From an uncultured Gemmatimonadales bacterium (lineage in GTDB: Bacteria; Gemmatimonadota; Gemmatimonadetes; Longimicrobiales; Longimicrobiaceae): a stretch of DNA of 64,000 bases. The notes beneath the pieces were generated by a model. It saw only the letters and a program-made list of their open reading frames with translations. It was not told the DNA's origin and ran no database searches. Shown here piece by piece: positions 60,720 through 64,000 of this stretch. The DNA lies in the NCBI GenBank assembly GCA_963716255.1, contig OY970303.1, positions 4,576,001 through 4,640,000 of the forward strand, in the 5' to 3' direction. Every line of letters begins with the position of its first letter. The stretch's first letter is position 1. The position numbers and the translations under genes are program-made.

Positions 60720-61430
60720 ATGGCGACTCTGATCGGCGAGGCCGCGAGCCACGTCACCACCCGCACCCGGCGCCGCGTCCTCGTCGCCGTGTCGTACCTG
60801 AGCCTCGCGGCGTCCGTCGCCGCCGTGCGCTCCACCCGCGGGGACAGCGGGACGGTGCTGGGAGGCGCCGCCAGCGTGCTCCTGCTGGCGGCCGTGGCGG
60901 CGTACCTGGTGCTGCTCCACCTGACCCACCACTCGCGCACCAACCCGCCGGCGCTGCTGGACGAGCGCGGGCTGGCCGTGCGCGACCAGGCGTACCGGCG
61001 CGCGTACGGCATGGCGTGCTGGCTGGTGGCCGGGGGGCTGGGGTACGCGTGGGCCGCCGCGCGCTGGGGGTGGGGGTGGATGCCGGCGGACCACCGCGAC
61101 TGGGCGGGCCTGCTGGCGATCGCCTGCTACCTGCTGGTGTCCTTTCCGCCGGCGGTGATCGCCTGGACGGAGCCGGACCACCCGGTGGAGGACGCCGAGG
61201 ACGAGGCGCGGGAGCGCGAGACGCTGCGGGGGGTCCCCCTCCCGCCGCTGCGGCGGCGCCTGATGCTGGGGCTCGCGGCGACGGCGGGAGTGCTGGCGGC
61301 GGCGCAGCTCGCCGGGGCCGGGGTGGTGCCGGACCGCTACGGCGACACCCTGGCGGGCATCGCCACCGGGCTGCTCTTCGGGTCGGCGCTGCTGTGGGGC
61401 TGGCGGCGGCGCGGCGAAAAGAACCCGTAA
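60720..61430 (+). CDS. Multi-TM membrane protein (DUF2178-like)
   Basis: LDER...RDQAYRRAY motif between TMs; typical partner of this XRE type. Confidence 0.7.
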   Translation: MATLIGEAASHVTTRTRRRVLVAVSYLSLAASVAAVRSTRGDSGTVLGGAASVLLLAAVAAYLVLLHLTHHSRTNPPALLDERGLAVRDQAYRRAYGMACWLVAGGLGYAWAAARWGWGWMPADHRDWAGLLAIACYLLVSFPPAVIAWTEPDHPVEDAEDEARERETLRGVPLPPLRRRLMLGLAATAGVLAAAQLAGAGVVPDRYGDTLAGIATGLLFGSALLWGWRRRGEKNP

Positions 61431-61434
61431 ACTC

Positions 61435-61463
61435 TTGACGGCCCCCGGCCCCGGGGGTAGCCT
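61435..61463 (+). promoter_or_regulatory. Candidate sigma70 promoter for the M16 operon
   Basis: TTGACG-N17-TAGCCT. Confidence 0.55.
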
Positions 61464-61603
61464 TTCCGCCTGCACCACGTCACGGTGTCCGGCCCACCCG
61501 TACGGACCCCGGCCTCCAGGCAAGCCCGGCTCGTGACCCAACGACGTTCCGCGGCGCCGCGGGAGCTTCCGCGCGGCGCACCCTTTTCCCCAGTGGAGGA
61601 GTC

Positions 61604-62971
61604 ATGCTTCAACCCAATCGTACGGGACGGCTGCTCGCCGCCGTGCTCGCTCTCGCGGCGGCGCCCGCGGCCGCGCAGCAGCGGACGTCGGTGGACATCC
61701 CCTTTGAAAAGTACACGCTCGACAACGGGCTCGAAGTCATCCTCGCCCCCGACTCCACGCTTCCCACGGTGGCGGTGGACCTGTGGTACAACGTGTCCAG
61801 CCGCGACGAGCGCCAGGGGCGCACCGGCTTCGCCCACCTCTTCGAGCACATGATGTTCGAGGGGTCGCAGAACGTGGCCCGCGGTGACCACGTCGCCCTG
61901 CTGCGCTCGGCCGGCTCCACGGACCTCAACGGAACCACCAACGAGGACCGCACCAACTACTACCAGGTGGTCCCGCCCAACCGCCTCAACCTGGCGCTGT
62001 GGCTGGAGGCGGACCGCATGCGCTCGCTGAACGTGACGGCCGAGCAGCTCCGCGTGCAGCAGGAGGCGGTCAAGGAGGAGAAGCGGATGCGGATCGACAA
62101 CGTCCCCTACGTCTCCTCCGTGTACCACGCGCGCTACACCGGCCCGTACAGCCCCGAGAGCTGCTTCGCGTACGGGCACACCATCATCGGGAGCATGGAG
62201 GACCTGAGCGCCGCCACGCTGACGGACGTGCAGGACTTCTTCCGCACCTACTACGCGCCCAACAACGTCACCCTGACGCTCGCGGGCGACTTCGACCCGG
62301 CGCAGGCGAAGGAGATGATCCAGGAGTACTTCGGGAGCATCCCCCGCTCGCCGCAGCAGGCCCCCGCGGTGCAGTGCACCGGGGCCTTCACGCGCCTCCC
62401 GGCGCGCGACACCATCCGCGACCCCAACGCGACCCTGCCGGCCTTCCAGGCCGTCTACGGCACAGTGGAGGCCTCGCACGCGGACAGCTACGCCCTGGAG
62501 CTGCTGGGCTCCATCCTGGGCGGCGGCGAGAGCTCGCGCCTGCAGCAGCGGCTGGTGCGCACCGACAAGGTGGCGCAGGCCGCCAGCGCCGGCGCGCAGC
62601 AGCGGCGCGGCCCCGGCCTGTTCGTGGTGTTCGCCATCGCCAACCAGGGAGTGGAGGCCGACCGGCTGGAGAAGCTGGCGGACGAGGAGATCGCCAGGAT
62701 CCGCGACGGCGGGGTCACGGCGGCCGAGCTGGAGCGCGTCAAGAACCAGCTCCGCGCGCGCAACATCCGCGCGCTTCAGACGTCCATCGGACGGGCCGAG
62801 GCGCTGAACCGCTACGAGTTCTTTCTGGGCGACGCCTCGATGATCCGGAACGACCTGGACAAGTACATGGCGGTCACGCGCGAGGACGTGCAGCGCGTCG
62901 CCCGCAGGTACCTGGACCCGCAGAACCGCCTGGTCGTCGTCACCGCCCCCGCCCGCGCCGCGAGCCGCTAA
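61604..62971 (+). CDS. M16B zinc peptidase, catalytic subunit, secreted
   Basis: GFAHLFEHMMF (HxxEH), NGTT..DRTNY and LWLEADRM. Confidence 0.93.
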   Translation: MLQPNRTGRLLAAVLALAAAPAAAQQRTSVDIPFEKYTLDNGLEVILAPDSTLPTVAVDLWYNVSSRDERQGRTGFAHLFEHMMFEGSQNVARGDHVALLRSAGSTDLNGTTNEDRTNYYQVVPPNRLNLALWLEADRMRSLNVTAEQLRVQQEAVKEEKRMRIDNVPYVSSVYHARYTGPYSPESCFAYGHTIIGSMEDLSAATLTDVQDFFRTYYAPNNVTLTLAGDFDPAQAKEMIQEYFGSIPRSPQQAPAVQCTGAFTRLPARDTIRDPNATLPAFQAVYGTVEASHADSYALELLGSILGGGESSRLQQRLVRTDKVAQAASAGAQQRRGPGLFVVFAIANQGVEADRLEKLADEEIARIRDGGVTAAELERVKNQLRARNIRALQTSIGRAEALNRYEFFLGDASMIRNDLDKYMAVTREDVQRVARRYLDPQNRLVVVTAPARAASR

Positions 62972-62981
62972 GGAGCCGACC

Positions 62982-64000
62982 GTGAAGCCATTCAACGCAC
63001 GCCAGTTCGCGCTCGGGGCGCTTGCCGCCCTCGGCGCCTGCTCCACGGCCCCGGCCCCCGCCGCGGCTCCCGCCCCGGCCGCCGTGCCCGCCGACACCGC
63101 GCCCGCGGCGCCCGCCGCCCCGGCGAGGGTGGCCCCGCCCGCGCCCATGGAGGCGCGGCCCATCCGCTTCCCGCAGTACACCGAGACCGCGCTTCCCAAC
63201 GGGCTGCGGCTCCTGGTGGTGGAGAACCACCGCCTCCCGGTCGCCAGCGTGAGCCTGTACGTGGCGTCGGGCGCCGCCAACGACCCGCGCGGCAAGCAGG
63301 GGCTGGCGTCGCTGGCCGCCGACCTGCTGGACAACGGCACCGCCCGCCGCAGCGCCCGGCAGATCGCCGAGACCATCGAGAGCGTCGGGGGCACGCTGAG
63401 CACCGCCGCCGACGGCGACGCCGTGGCGGTGACCTCCGGCGTCCTCGCCGATCAGCTCCCGCTCGCCTTCGACCTGGTGAGCGACGTGGCGCTGCGCCCC
63501 ACCTTCCCCGCGGACGAGCTGGAGACCAGCCGCCGGCAGGTCCTTTCCGGGCTGCAGGTGGCCCTGGGTGACGCCGGGCAGATCGCGCAGCGGCGCCTCG
63601 CCCGCGAGATCTACGGCGCGGACCACCCCTACGGCGTGGCGCCCACCCCGGAAACGGTGCGGGCCGTCACCCGCGCCGACCTGGTGCAGTTCCACCGCGC
63701 CCACTTCACCCCCGGGAACGCGTGGCTGCTGGTATCCGGCGACGTGACCCCGGCGCAGGTGCAGGAGCTGGCCCGCCGCCACTTCGGCGCGTGGCAGGGT
63801 GGCGCCGCCCCCCAGCCCACGCTGACGGCGCCCGCCCTGCGCGAGCGAGCCGGCATCGTGCTGGTGCACCGCCCCGGCTCGGTGCAGTCCAGCATCCGGG
63901 TGGGCCACCCCGGGATCACTCCGGACAACCCGGACTACTACTCGCTCCAGGTGCTGAACGCGATCCTGGGCGGGCTGTCCACCTCGCGGCTGGAGCGGAT
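62982..64000 (+). CDS. M16B partner subunit (no HxxEH), lipoprotein; runs off the window
   Basis: GTG start, LGAC lipobox; LPNGLRLLVVENHRLP, GLASLAADLL and HPYG motifs. Confidence 0.88.
   Translation, partial: MKPFNARQFALGALAALGACSTAPAPAAAPAPAAVPADTAPAAPAAPARVAPPAPMEARPIRFPQYTETALPNGLRLLVVENHRLPVASVSLYVASGAANDPRGKQGLASLAADLLDNGTARRSARQIAETIESVGGTLSTAADGDAVAVTSGVLADQLPLAFDLVSDVALRPTFPADELETSRRQVLSGLQVALGDAGQIAQRRLAREIYGADHPYGVAPTPETVRAVTRADLVQFHRAHFTPGNAWLLVSGDVTPAQVQELARRHFGAWQGGAAPQPTLTAPALRERAGIVLVHRPGSVQSSIRVGHPGITPDNPDYYSLQVLNAILGGLSTSRLER

Overview
Very GC-rich 64-kb bacterial window. The gene content (Kdo transferase, SusC/SusD, ThyX, FtsH, UvrA, many lipoproteins) suggests a Gram-negative, probably Gemmatimonadota/Longimicrobium-like organism; this is inference only. 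About 50 credible CDSs are present, and most of the other long ORFs in the track are GC-rich shadow frames. The housekeeping and metabolic genes include dmpA-like peptidase, fumC, Trp 2,3-dioxygenase, a paa-like epoxidase operon, thyX, corA, a frameshifted trpE, ftsH, waaA, uvrA and an M16 peptidase pair. They are interspersed with small accessory genes, one IS630 element, a tandemly duplicated ABC exporter and a c-di-GMP module. The most notable items are: (1) two dispersed families of highly structured intergenic repeats, with compensatory base changes, a shared hairpin module and a strong bias to lie in sense orientation just after stop codons; (2) two unlinked secreted six-Cys peptides sharing a conserved LGFGAxQAFA leader, one with a CSalpha-beta defensin/scorpion-toxin cysteine frame; (3) two orphan lanthipeptide-like precursors; (4) a tachylectin-propeller/dimethylformamidase-like fusion. 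No rRNA, tRNA or CRISPR array was recognised.
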